A stretch of 64,000 nucleotides of DNA from Hyaloraphidium curvatum SAG 235-1 (Eukaryota > Fungi > Monoblepharomycota): the NCBI GenBank assembly GCA_025558095.1, contig JAIVFI010000028.1, positions 1 to 64,000 of the forward strand. Reading direction: 5' to 3'. Positions 44,302 to 54,625 of the stretch are shown piece after piece. How positions within the stretch are numbered: position 1 is the first letter of the stretch; each line of letters begins with the position of its first letter. Under the pieces are notes generated by a model, which was not told the origin of the DNA, did no database searches, and saw only the letters and a list, made by a program, of their open reading frames with translations. The translations under genes and the position numbers were made by a program.

Positions 44302-45879
44302 ATGGAAGTTCGCGAACCGATGGGGATGGCCATGCAGCCGGCCGTTCTCCTGGCAGCGAACACGATGGACAACGAGGGAATCGCCTCGGATGGACGGGAA
44401 GTGAAGGCGGATGCCGGGTTGGCGCCCGTCGCGGGTTCCCCGGCTCCCCCGGAGGTGCACCCCGCTCCCGCCCCGACCGCGGCGCCGCTGTGGCTGCCCG
44501 CGCTGCCCGGCCCCGCACAGCACCTCGTGCTCGCGTCGCTGTCGGCCGCCGATCTGTGGTCGCTGTGCCGCACGTCGACCGCCGCCCGCAGCGCCGTCGC
44601 GCACGGCTTCCACGCGTGGCTCAAGGACGCGCCGCTGCACCACTGCAACCCCGCGCACGCCGGAAACACCGCGCCCGCCAACCTGCCGCTCGCCTTCCTC
44701 GCCTTCGTGCTCGGCCTCGGCAACCCGTCGCCCGGCTCGGAGCAGTGGCGCTCCTTCCGCAAACTGTACCGCCGCTACGGCTCGCAGGCCGCGGTCCCCG
44801 CGCCCCTCACGCCCGCCGACGTGGCCGACGCCCGGCGCTGCCCGCTCGGCTGGGACCCCGCCGACTGGAACTCGCCCGCCTACGACCACCTCATGAACGA
44901 CCCGCCTGAGTACCTCGTCTCGCGGCCGCTGCCGCTGCGCATGCGCGAGGCGCTGGGCCAGCTGGTCTGGAGCATGGTCTACTGGATGTGCGACTCGGGC
45001 GGCGACCCGTACCACATCCGGCGCTGGCCCCTGCGCGTGCAGCCGCCGCCCGACGAGGACCCGGTCAACGGCAGGCTGGTCGAACAGGGCCACTTCAGGC
45101 GGCAGCCGCCCGTTCGCCGCATCCCGCGCGAGTGGGCCGACGACGCCGCCGAGCCGGACGACCCGGAGGAGAAGCCCGGTCCGCACGGCGAGGAGTCGCC
45201 CGTGCTGCGCGCCCTGCGCGTGCGGCGCTACCTCGACCGCTGCTGGACCCTCATCTGGCGCTTCGCCGGCCCCGTCCCCAGCGAGATCCTCGCCGCCTCC
45301 AAGGGCCTCGCGCAGCACCGCGACAAGCGCCGCCGCGGCCCCGCCCGCGCCGACGCCGAGTTGCACGCCGACGCGCTCGAAACCTTCCCGCACCCGGCCA
45401 GTGTGTGCTCCAAGAACCTGTACCCGCGCATGCTGCTCAACCTGGTCAAGAGGGGGGACTACCGCACCCTGGAGCTGCTCCTGCTGTGCTTCGGCGCGCC
45501 CGAGAAGGAGTGGCGCACGGACCTGCGCCGCCCGCCGCCGCTGCCGCCCACCAACAACGGGGAGAACGGCACGCAGCCGCAGCAGCAGCAGCAGCAGGAG
45601 CAGAAGGAAAGCTGCTGCGACGGGTGCCTGCGCTTCGACCCGCCCGCCGGCGTGCCGCCGCCCCCAGGCGGGAGGAGGTGGCTCGTTTGGTTCACGCAGA
45701 AGGGGTCCGGTGGGCCGCACCTCGCGCTGGACGGGGACTGGGACACCTCGGCGCCGCTGTACGGGAAGGTGAGGGCGGTGGTGGATGCGCACGGAGGCAT
45801 TCTGGGGAGGGCGCCGGTACCCGAGGCTGCCGATGATGGTGGGGTGCTGGGCGGCATCTTTGGGCTGCTGCCGATCTGA
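44302..45879 (+). CDS. Hypothetical protein with an N-terminal F-box-like motif (start codon uncertain)
   Basis: WLPALPGPAQHLVLASLSAADLWSLCRTSTAAR. Long GC3-rich ORF with a short CAG/polyQ tract near 45580. Confidence 0.65.
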   Translation: MEVREPMGMAMQPAVLLAANTMDNEGIASDGREVKADAGLAPVAGSPAPPEVHPAPAPTAAPLWLPALPGPAQHLVLASLSAADLWSLCRTSTAARSAVAHGFHAWLKDAPLHHCNPAHAGNTAPANLPLAFLAFVLGLGNPSPGSEQWRSFRKLYRRYGSQAAVPAPLTPADVADARRCPLGWDPADWNSPAYDHLMNDPPEYLVSRPLPLRMREALGQLVWSMVYWMCDSGGDPYHIRRWPLRVQPPPDEDPVNGRLVEQGHFRRQPPVRRIPREWADDAAEPDDPEEKPGPHGEESPVLRALRVRRYLDRCWTLIWRFAGPVPSEILAASKGLAQHRDKRRRGPARADAELHADALETFPHPASVCSKNLYPRMLLNLVKRGDYRTLELLLLCFGAPEKEWRTDLRRPPPLPPTNNGENGTQPQQQQQQEQKESCCDGCLRFDPPAGVPPPPGGRRWLVWFTQKGSGGPHLALDGDWDTSAPLYGKVRAVVDAHGGILGRAPVPEAADDGGVLGGIFGLLPI

Positions 45880-46059
45880 TGGGACGTGAGAAGTTGGAGG
45901 CACGAGGTGGATGGCAGGAGATGCTTGGAGGATCGATACGGATATTGGTTTTGCTTCCTTGGGAGAGACGTGCGAACAACCGGTATTGTAACATATGTCG
46001 ACGTCTGCGGATACACCGTCCAACTGCACGCTGCTCACTTTCCAACCGCCGCCTTGCCA

Positions 46060-47616
46060 TCACAACCTGGCCGGCTTTGCCCCCCACAGGTTCGCCGCCC
46101 CCACCCTCTCCGCCTCCTCCGGCGGCGCCGCCCCCACCCGCATCAGCAGCTCCCCGATCAGCCTCCCCGCCCACGCCGGCACCCCTGCCGCCCGCGAGAG
46201 CGCGAGCCCGCACAGCCCGCGGACGTACCTGTCCCCGTCCCCCGCGGCGACGGGGACCAGCTCCGCCGCGTCGTCCGGGGACAGCGACCCCGCGCAGGCG
46301 GCCTGCACCAGCGCCAAGGCAGCGCACTGCCGCACCGTCGACCGGGACATCCCCGCGTTCGCGACGGTGTCCTGCTCGGCGCCCGGTGCCAGACGGTCAA
46401 GCAGCGCTCTGACGGCCTCGCCTGGGATCCCGTGGGCGCGGGCGAGGGTGCCCAGCGCGTGCGCGGCGTTGCTGCGGGCCAGGTGGTCGGGATCGGTCGC
46501 GAGGACGCGGGAGAGGGCGGCGGGGAGGGAGGGGTGGGGGAGCCGGAGCTCCCCGAGGGCGAAGGAGGCCATGCGGCGGACTTCGGGGGCGGGGGAGTCG
46601 AGCGCAGAGACGAGGGCGGGGAGGGCGGAGGCGCCATGCAGGGGGAGGAGGCGGCCTGCGAGGCGGCGGGCGGGTTCAGAGGGGTTGTTGAGTTGGGAGG
46701 CGAGGGAAGCAATGTCCTCGCCGGGAGCCGCGACGGGCTGGCCGAGGAGCCAGGACCACGTGCGCCGCGCGGCGGCGGCAAACGGTGCCGGCATGCCGGA
46801 AAAATCGGGCTCGAAGCCGTCCGAGTGCGCCCAGCTCGGGGCGCACGGCTCCGAGGTGCGCAGGAAGGTGAACTTGGCCATGAACCTCAGCTTGTCGCAC
46901 CCCGGCGCCTGCCTCGTGCCGCGGTGCACGATGTCGTGGTGCACAATCACAAAGGCGCCGGCTTCGGGCAGGGTGAGCCTCTTTGCGGCGGCCGGCGCGG
47001 GCATCGTCGCCAATGCCTGCGCCAGCCTCCTGTCCCTTCCCGCGAGGTCCGGGTCGGACCCCGCCTCGGGCGTGAAGCCCCTGTCCAGCCTATCGTCCCC
47101 GTGCACCTCCTCGCCGTCCTCGAACGAGTTGTCAAAGTACTGCGAGCCGGGGACCACCTCCGTCGGGCCCATGTCATCGCCGACGGGTTGAGGGTAATAG
47201 AAAACCAGCACGGCGGTGGGGAAGTGGCTGCGCACGTGGCCGCGAGCGTTCCAGGGCAGGTTGCCGTCCTGGTGCCAGCCCTGGTCGTTTGGCGTGGCCT
47301 TGTGGAGGAAATGGTGCGGGTGCAGCGCGGCATCGTCGCCCAGGACGCCCTTTAGGGTCGTGCGGAGGGTCGGGCAGGCGAGCACTTCGCGTAAGGCGGG
47401 AATGCGGGCGAGCAGGTTGTCGCCGAGGTGCGAGAGGTGCGGCGTGGGCGCTTGGCGCGCCTCTTCGGACAGGGCGGCGAACGATTCGAACAGCTTGGCG
47501 TGCACCGCCGGGGGCACCTCCGAGGGGGGCGGGCGGACGACGAGGAAGCCATCGCGCACGAAGGCGGCGACGGAGGCGTCGTCCATCGGGGGCAGAGGGG
47601 TGTCCTTGTTTGCCAT
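46060..47616 (-). CDS. Phytanoyl-CoA dioxygenase (PhyH)-family Fe/2OG enzyme fused to HEAT repeats, intronless
   Basis: FVRDGFLVV, QGWHQDG (HxD), MGPTEVVPGS, IVHHDIVHRG and RFMAKF. HEAT-like LPALVSAL..EVRRMASFALG. Confidence 0.85.
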   Translation of the reverse strand: MANKDTPLPPMDDASVAAFVRDGFLVVRPPPSEVPPAVHAKLFESFAALSEEARQAPTPHLSHLGDNLLARIPALREVLACPTLRTTLKGVLGDDAALHPHHFLHKATPNDQGWHQDGNLPWNARGHVRSHFPTAVLVFYYPQPVGDDMGPTEVVPGSQYFDNSFEDGEEVHGDDRLDRGFTPEAGSDPDLAGRDRRLAQALATMPAPAAAKRLTLPEAGAFVIVHHDIVHRGTRQAPGCDKLRFMAKFTFLRTSEPCAPSWAHSDGFEPDFSGMPAPFAAAARRTWSWLLGQPVAAPGEDIASLASQLNNPSEPARRLAGRLLPLHGASALPALVSALDSPAPEVRRMASFALGELRLPHPSLPAALSRVLATDPDHLARSNAAHALGTLARAHGIPGEAVRALLDRLAPGAEQDTVANAGMSRSTVRQCAALALVQAACAGSLSPDDAAELVPVAAGDGDRYVRGLCGLALSRAAGVPAWAGRLIGELLMRVGAAPPEEAERVGAANLWGAKPARL

Positions 47617-47827
47617 GTTGGGAGACGCTCCTCCCTACAGTTGGCACCGACAATTGTCACCGTAGACTCAAGGCACTGTAGGTGATGCGCGATCCTGCAG
47701 CAGCCGCTACCGTCTGCATCTAGCGATTTTCGTCGATCAGTATGCTGACATGATGGATCTGATGGCAGATGGACAGGCATGGGCTGCTGCGGGACAAGCC
47801 CCCACAGCATCCCTCTCCCCATCCCCG

Positions 47828-49444
47828 CTACCTCGTCGGGCACACCGTCTCCATCGTCAGGAACACGCCCAACCCCCTCAGCATGGACCAAACCGCCACC
47901 GTCAGCGTGACCAGCGTCACCGCGAGCGTCCTCAGGATGCCGTAGTCCACAGGGAATCCCAGCAGCTTTGCGCGGTAGCGGTCCGTGTCAGCGTAGCTCG
48001 CCAGCAAGTCCGCGTCGGCGTCCATCTCCATCAGAAGGCGCAAGTCGGGATCGCCCGGGCCGGCGACGAGGCGGCGGCGCAGCTCGCGGAGGGAGCGGCC
48101 GGCGGAGAGGTAGAGGTCACGGATGTCCGAGATCTGCGCGTTGGCGGCGGCCACGTTGACAAGGTCGAAGAGGAAGTTGCTCGCGGTGACGTACAGTAGG
48201 TAGATCGGGTACTGGGCACGCAGGCAGGAGCACCCGACCACGTTAGCGAGGCCGAATACGACGGCCGCCGAGGCGGGGAGGAAGAGCGCGGCGGAGGAGT
48301 TGTACTGTCCGACCGCCTTGCTCCAACTGCAGGCGAGGACGTCGTGGAGCTGCATGTATCCTGCGTGCGCGGCGCGGGGCGGTTCGGGGCCGCGCTGTCC
48401 CTGAGATGCGGCGGCCATCCGGTATCGGTCCATCAGCGCGCCCAGGGCGAGCCGCATGGCGCGCCTGTTGATGCGGCGCTTAAGCCGGAGCAGGGGCAGG
48501 TTGGGAGCCGAAAACTTGTTGATGATCACGGGGGCAAAAAAAGCGGCGAAGGAGGCGAGGAGAAAAGTCACCGCGGAGGTGGACCATGCCGTCGTCCACG
48601 TGCGGGGCGCGAGGCTCGGGGATATGGCGACCGTCCAGATCGCGGCCAAGGTCAAAGCCACGCTAAGCGCGACTCTGACCAGCACCTCGGCGATGCGGGA
48701 CAGGGCGACCAGGCGGGGAAGGTTCCCGCAGCACTGAGGCGCGCTGCAAGGGCAAAAGGGGTCCGCGGGATCGTGCGCCAGAATGACGGGTTCTGCAGGC
48801 GCCGGCAGGGAGCCGGACGACAGTTGAATCCAGCGGGCGAGCCCGGCCAGGCCGTGCGAGGAAAAGTCGCGCGCCGGCCGCACAGCGGTCTTGCTCTGCT
48901 TGCCCACGCCCAGCGGGTGCACGGCGCCGAAAATATTTCTGTAGGAGGCCAGCAGCGCGGTACCGATAGTCGTGCAAGTGTAGAAGGCCATCGAAGTGGC
49001 GGTGCCCACGGCCAGCTGCGTCGTGCCGAACGCGCCGTCGGCGAGGAGCCACGGAATTGGCTGGACGAACGCGCAAGCTACCCAGAGCTGCGCGTGTCGG
49101 AGCAGCAGGCGCCGCGTCCACGGCTCCATGACGATCTGCGGTCGCACTGTCGACGCCAGGAAGACCGAGCGTGTCCTTAGAGCGTCGATAAAGTCGTCCA
49201 GCACCAACGGGTGCTCCCTGCGGGCCGCGGCGGCGGGATCCTCCACGGGCGGCTCGTTCGGCAGCTGAGGAACCCACGGCACGCCTGCTGGGAGAACGAC
49301 CAGCCACTCCGCCTCGCTGAGCGCAAAGGGCGCCGGCGGCACGTCGACCTCCTCCTGGACCTTCGCATCCGTTGTGGCCCTGTCAGTCATGTCGGCCAGG
49401 GACCCGCTGGACCGTTCGTCTCCCGTTCGCCCGGGACTGTCCAT
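47828..49444 (-). CDS. 7-TM membrane protein, DPLCPC family paralog 3 (intronless)
   Basis: LSEAEWLVVLP, DPAAAARREHPL, DPFCPCSAPQCCG, TWTTAWS and LLASYADTDRYRAKLLGFPVDYGILRTLAVTLVTLTVAVWSMLRG. Confidence 0.85.
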   Translation of the reverse strand: MDSPGRTGDERSSGSLADMTDRATTDAKVQEEVDVPPAPFALSEAEWLVVLPAGVPWVPQLPNEPPVEDPAAAARREHPLVLDDFIDALRTRSVFLASTVRPQIVMEPWTRRLLLRHAQLWVACAFVQPIPWLLADGAFGTTQLAVGTATSMAFYTCTTIGTALLASYRNIFGAVHPLGVGKQSKTAVRPARDFSSHGLAGLARWIQLSSGSLPAPAEPVILAHDPADPFCPCSAPQCCGNLPRLVALSRIAEVLVRVALSVALTLAAIWTVAISPSLAPRTWTTAWSTSAVTFLLASFAAFFAPVIINKFSAPNLPLLRLKRRINRRAMRLALGALMDRYRMAAASQGQRGPEPPRAAHAGYMQLHDVLACSWSKAVGQYNSSAALFLPASAAVVFGLANVVGCSCLRAQYPIYLLYVTASNFLFDLVNVAAANAQISDIRDLYLSAGRSLRELRRRLVAGPGDPDLRLLMEMDADADLLASYADTDRYRAKLLGFPVDYGILRTLAVTLVTLTVAVWSMLRGLGVFLTMETVCPTR

Positions 49445-49573
49445 GAGTCCAAAAAACAGAGTGCTCTGGATCCGGCTATTAAATCGGCGCGGCGGACGGG
49501 ATAGCTGCGCCTGCGGAGTGCCTCTGGCTCCCGGCAAGGGACTTGCCGTCTTCCACCTCCCTCGCCCGCCAAG

Positions 49574-50180
49574 ATGATGGCCACCGACGCCGGCGCCGGC
49601 CCCGCGCCGCGCATCAACTCGTCGCTCATGAACGACCACCGCGGCCGCACCGTGCGGCTCGTCGGCCGCCGCCTGCCGGTGGGCGTTCCCGCGCGGGACC
49701 CGCGTCCCCGTCCGGGCACTCACGCCCGTCCGTGTGGGCATTTTGGGGAGCAGCACCCGTCGCAGGACATGCTCCTGCTCGAGGCGTCGGACAGGGGGCA
49801 GGTCGAGGTCCGGATCAACCAGCACGTGGGCCTCCCCTTCCTTCCCCCGTTTCTGGAAAGTTGCTCATTTGGACGCGTCCCCCCGTGCCTCGGACGGCAG
49901 GAGCACTACTGCAACACGCAGTACGTCGAGGTCGTGGGACAGGTCGAGTCGAACGGCAAGGGGATCCTGGCGTACGCGGTGACAGAGTTCGGGGACAACT
50001 TTGGTGGGAGCCCTCTTCCGCCCGGCACGGCGCACGATGGGCGCGCTCTGACCCTTTCCTCGCCATTCGTTGATCGCTGTCGCCGTCGTTTACGCGTCGC
50101 GGTGCGGTCGGACGGCAGATCTGGTGACCTACGACAAGCTCGTGAACCTCCGTCTGCAGCACGCCGAGATCTTCGGCTGA
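49574..50180 (+). CDS. RFA3: Replication protein A 14 kDa subunit (3 introns)
   Basis: Spliced product PRINSSLMNDHRGRTVRLVGR...LEASDRGQVEV...YVEVVGQV...EFGDNFDLVTYDKLV...EIFG*, a typical RPA14 OB fold. Confidence 0.85.
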
Positions 50181-51162
50181 ACCCCACAGGGCACGCTTCG
50201 GAACACGCAGATACTGAGCCGGCCAATTGTAAGATACCCAAGACCTTCCTTTCTCTTCCCCTTTCCCGCATTGGCTTCACTTCCCCGCCCGTCCCTCTAC
50301 GTTCACTTTCCCCCGACCTCCCCCTTCCACTTTCCCCTCATCTCTTCTTTGTCCTCCTCCCCCATCTCCTCGCAGCTCTAGCTCCGGTCCGGGTCCACGG
50401 CCAGCGTCCCCAGGTTGTGCGAGACCTCCGAGCCGGCCACGTCAGCCTTCGTTCCCAGCTTGGACGAGGAAACGACCAACCTCGTGTCCGTGCTGGTCCG
50501 TGAAGGTCGCCTTGCCGCCCGCGAGGGAGGTCACGATGCCCTGGCGGGTGCCCCCGCGGTACTTGGTGCCGACGCTACGTTAGGGGTGCGGTGAGCCGCG
50601 GTCGTGGGCGGGGAGGAAGGCGGGAGTACTAATCGCCGACTTGGATTTCGTGGCCGGTGGAGGACTTTGACATTGTGGCGGAAGTCAGGGGCGAGAGGTG
50701 GGCGGTGGCGTTCGTGTGAATCCGCGAGGTGACTCAGTGCGACGCCTATTAGGTTCCGTGACCTGCGCTCGATGCCTTTGGCCTCCCCGGACCACCCCTG
50801 GGCTCGGCCTCGGTCCATGGCAACCAGCCACGTTCCCTTCCGGTCCACATTGGACCGAAAGGCGTGCAGCGATGGCTCCGGGGGGGCCACCGCCGGAACG
50901 GTACGGCCGTTTGCGGCGCGGGACGCACATGATGCGACGGTTCTCGGCACGGGATAGCGCGGGAAACGGTAATTCCTGCCGATCCCGATGGATTCTCATG
51001 GAGCCTTGGTCTCGGTGTGCGCCAGCTGTGGTCTGGCGCCAACAACGGTGCGTCCCTGCGTCCCTGGTCCCTAAACGACCCGGCCAGCGACGCCTGCGGC
51101 GCGCCGACACCGAAACCCCCCTTCCATATCCGAACCGCGCTTTAACGGTGTCGGAAGCCCAA

Positions 51163-51442
51163 ATGGCCGAAGAGGTGAGGCGCACTCGCTCGTTCCTCCT
51201 CCCTTCGACCTCGGCTGACGCCGCGCTCCCTGACCAAGCTCGCGCTGGAACCACCCCTCACCACCGCCGACGCGCTGGCAATCCTCGAGCAGGCCGGCGC
51301 TGTGCCGCCCTCGGAGCTCGCCCGCGTCGCGGCGTTCGCCAAGGAGTCCCCCGAGAACCGGGCCGCCGTGGCGGCGTGGGCGAAGGCAAACGGGGAGAAA
51401 TCGAGGGCCATCGCCGCGCTTCTTGGTGCCGAAGGTGGGTGA
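51163..51442 (+). other. Possible small gene or gene fragment
   Basis: ATG GCC GAA GAG, then a GTGAGG...GCTGAC...AAG intron (51175-51238), then a coding-like helix LALEPPLTTADALAILEQAG...AALLGAEG. The continuation is not visible. Confidence 0.3.
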
Positions 51443-51828
51443 AGGGCGGTACGTATCGGGGATTGGGCCTGAATAACAGCTGATGGCACATGCCTTCACC
51501 GAGCTCAGGCGCCGAAATGGGGACAAAGGGGACGAAAGAGCGCGAGTTCATGTACCTTTTCTTCGAAGAGGGAAGGGAGGAGGAGTGATGAATGCCCTGC
51601 TGCTTTTCCTATGAGACCATGCACTCTAGGATCGCCGTGGGCAGGTGTCCGCGGCCGACCTGTCATCTATCGACTCTGCCAATCCAAGATTCGAAGAATC
51701 CGGGAAAGAGGCTCACTTTTAGCCTGTCATCCCTGGGAATGATGATCGTGCACGAACATGTGCGTGTCGAAATCCGGCGAACTCATTGCTTACCGACGTA
51801 CAATGTAGCAAGATTCCAGCTGCCCAAC

Positions 51829-52644
51829 TCAAGAAGATTCCTGCCCGGGGACGGCCTTCCCTCCATTCTTGTCCGCCTTTGCCTTGCCCTCCGCCCCAAA
51901 CTTCTCCCTCCATACCCCCTCGTACCACCACACCCCTGCCAGCGAACCCCCCAGTGCGATCCACAGCCCCGACGGCACGTTCTGCGCCATCATCGCCGCC
52001 ACGTCGGCCCCCTTGTTCCCGGCCATCCCCCGCGACAGCCTCCATGTCAACCCCGACGAGAACCGCGACGCGGGGATGCAGACCATCAGGATGGACAGCT
52101 GCGTCGCGCGGAGCTGGTGCTCCTTGTAGTCCTTTGCGCGGGCGGCCGCCCACGCGGCCCGGATGTAGTGCAGCGAGACGGCGCCCAAAGCCAGACCGGG
52201 GAGGAAAGCGTGCATGCCGTAGGAGCTGTGGAAGCCGAGCCACATGCCTGTAACGGAGGAGGCGGCCAGGGAGCCGAGCAGCGCGGTGCCGAGGAAGGTG
52301 TGGAGGCGCGGGTACCGCCGGCGGAGGGGGCCGACGAACTGCAGCGGGAAGAGCAGCCATGGGAGCGAGAGCACGGTGTGCGAGAGGTACGGGGCGATGT
52401 GGTCGCGGTAATTTTCAAAGAGGCGGCGCACGGCGTCGACCGACTGTTCGCGGTCTTCCTGGAAGAGCTGCACAAACGGCTCCGAGAACGCGACCGCCAC
52501 GTCCTCCACGCCCGTAGTGTGCAGCTTGGGCGCAAACGTCCACAGGATGTCGCCAAGCATGTGCGGAGCCATCACGAGCCAGTACGAAAGGCCGGCGCCG
52601 GCAAGGGACGCGCTGGCCCCGAGCGTCGACAGGACGCTCGGCAT
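51829..52644 (-). CDS. DUF2306-like membrane protein
   Basis: SHTVLSLPWLLFPLQFVGPLRRRYPRLHTFLG and AARAKDYKEHQ, with several TM helices. Confidence 0.65.
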   Translation of the reverse strand: MPSVLSTLGASASLAGAGLSYWLVMAPHMLGDILWTFAPKLHTTGVEDVAVAFSEPFVQLFQEDREQSVDAVRRLFENYRDHIAPYLSHTVLSLPWLLFPLQFVGPLRRRYPRLHTFLGTALLGSLAASSVTGMWLGFHSSYGMHAFLPGLALGAVSLHYIRAAWAAARAKDYKEHQLRATQLSILMVCIPASRFSSGLTWRLSRGMAGNKGADVAAMMAQNVPSGLWIALGGSLAGVWWYEGVWREKFGAEGKAKADKNGGKAVPGQESS

Positions 52645-53000
52645 CACGGTATACGGAGTCCCCAGAGCAGCAGACGACGTCGCTGGTAAAGTGCGCCGGT
52701 GGAGGCGCTGCGCGCTGCGGCCGGCAGCGGACTTCAAAATAGCAGAGCGGGAGTTGTCGGGAGACGACGCCGCCAGGCGGAATAAACAGACGCCACCAGG
52801 GGCCGACTCCGATCGCCCCGAAGATGAAGATCTTCCGACCCCAGTAGCTCGGACCGAGAAAGAGAAAACTACGGAGGGTGCGATTTCTTGCATCTGAGGA
52901 GAATAAGCGGAAACGGCTGGCACTCGTTTGAAACGAAAGCGAAAGATCTAGTATCTCTACATTCTGCGAATCTCGGAGTCTCCCCGCCGCATCCAACTAT

Positions 53001-54529
53001 CTAGGCCTCGACCGATCCCAGTGGCCCGAAGAACTCGTAGTGCACCCTCGCCTCGGGCACCCCCGCCTTGCGGAATCCCGACACCTGCTCGGCCATGAAC
53101 GCCTGCGGCCCGCACACGTACACGTCCACCTCCGCGGCATCCATCCCCGCCATCCGCAGCAAGTCCGCCGGCACGAACCTCCCCCTCACGTCCGGCTGGT
53201 CCGAGGGGAGCGCCTCGTCGTAGGCGGTGAACCGCACGACGTTGGCCGAGGACTTGGCCACCGCGGCGGCCTCGAGCTCCACGGCGGCGTGCTGCGCGGA
53301 GGAGGGGCAGGCGTAGGCCCAGGCCAGGCGCTGCGAGGGGTGGGACGCGGCGGCGGATTTGAGCATGGGGAGGAGGGGGGTGAGGCCGATGCCGCCCGAG
53401 ACGAAGATGCTGCGAACGCGGTGAAACGGGTCAGATCGGGGCGCGGTTGTCGCAGAGGGAGAAACCCACGCAGGGCGGTTGGCGACGGCCTCGTTGTCCA
53501 GGAAGAACTGCCCCACGGGCGGCCCCAGCTCCACGCGGTCGCCGACCTGCAGCACGTCGTGGATCCAGTTGCTGTACAGCCCGTCGGGCTTGCCCTCGGC
53601 GCGCTCGCGCTTGACGGTGATGCGCAGGCCGTCGGCGCCGGGGGTGCTCGAGATGGAGTAGTTGCGCGGGGCGAGCGGGCGGGGGGTCGAGGGGGAGAGC
53701 GTGTCGGTCGGGTAGAGGGTGAGGTACTGGCCGGGCTTGTGGAGCGGGAGCTCGCCCTCGACGGGCTGGGCAACCACGAGTGAGCCAGCAGGTTGGACGA
53801 TGAGCACGGCGTGATCCCACCTTAAAGGTGACGCTGGCGTGCTGCCCCGCGACCTCCTTGGCCGCGACCACGAACTCGCGCCTGCCGTTCCAGCCCCCGG
53901 GCTGCGCCGCGAGCTCGTCGTAGATGGCCTGCTCGCGCTTGATCAGGACGTCGGCGAGGAATCCTACGAGAGAGGGGCGGATCAGGACGGGTCCGACGCG
54001 TCGTTCGCTGGGGGTGCCCACCGTATGCCTCGGCCCAGGCCGCGATGACCTCCGGGGTCGCCGTCTCCTCCCCCAGCACGTCGACCATCGCTCCGAGCAG
54101 GTTCCTCCCGACGATCTCGTAGTCGGGCGCCTTGATGTCGAGCGCGACGTGCTTCTGCGCGATGATCTCGACTGCCTCGCCGAGGTTGCCGAGCGAGCGC
54201 AGGTTCTTTGCGTAGGCGAGCACCGAGTTGGCGAGCGCGCGGGGCTGCTGGCCCGAGACCTGGTGCGCCTGGTTGAAGAAGTTCTTGACGACGGGGTCGT
54301 TGGCGTGCATGCGCTTGTAGAACGCGCTGCGGGGGGGGGGGGGGGCCTGTCAGCAGCCGCCCGCTCTCGCGCCGCGCGGGGCCTACCGGGTGAGCGTCTC
54401 GCCCCCCGTCTCGAGGATCGGCACGGTGCTCTCGACGATCTCCACGCTCTGCCTGCTGAACGGGCACGCGGCGGCGCCCTTGGGCACCGGCGGGTGGTCG
54501 GCGGGGAGGTCGGAGGGCACGGGGGCCAT
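53001..54529 (-). CDS. YHB1: Flavohemoglobin (nitric oxide dioxygenase), 4 introns inferred
   Basis: Globin FFNQAHQVSGQQPRALANSVLAYA..IAQKHVAL..YEIVG..AWAEAYG. FAD domain KPGQYL..RNYSIS..ITVKRE..GLYSNW. NAD domain SGGIGLTP, YVCGP and HYEFFGP. Confidence 0.93.
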
Positions 54530-54616
54530 GTCTGTCGTTTGCTGTCGCGGAAGGAGAGGAGGAAAGGTGTGCAGTGCTTCGGTGTGCGATGGGGAGCATC
54601 GGCTCCGCGGGGGGAG

Positions 54617-54625
54617 CTTTTTATA
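54617..54625 (-). promoter_or_regulatory. TATA box of the flavohemoglobin gene
   Basis: TATAAAAAG on the minus strand ~90 bp upstream of the ATG, in an otherwise GC-rich context. Confidence 0.6.

Noticed and set aside
54331-54345. G15 run in the flavohemoglobin gene as a frameshift or phase-variation tract
   Set aside because: It lies in intron 1 as a poly-C pyrimidine tract just before the CAG acceptor on the coding strand.
51829-54529. Flavohemoglobin plus DUF2306-like gene as a nitric-oxide-stress module
   Set aside because: Adjacency and co-orientation alone are not evidence in a gene-dense eukaryotic genome, and no shared regulatory motif was seen.
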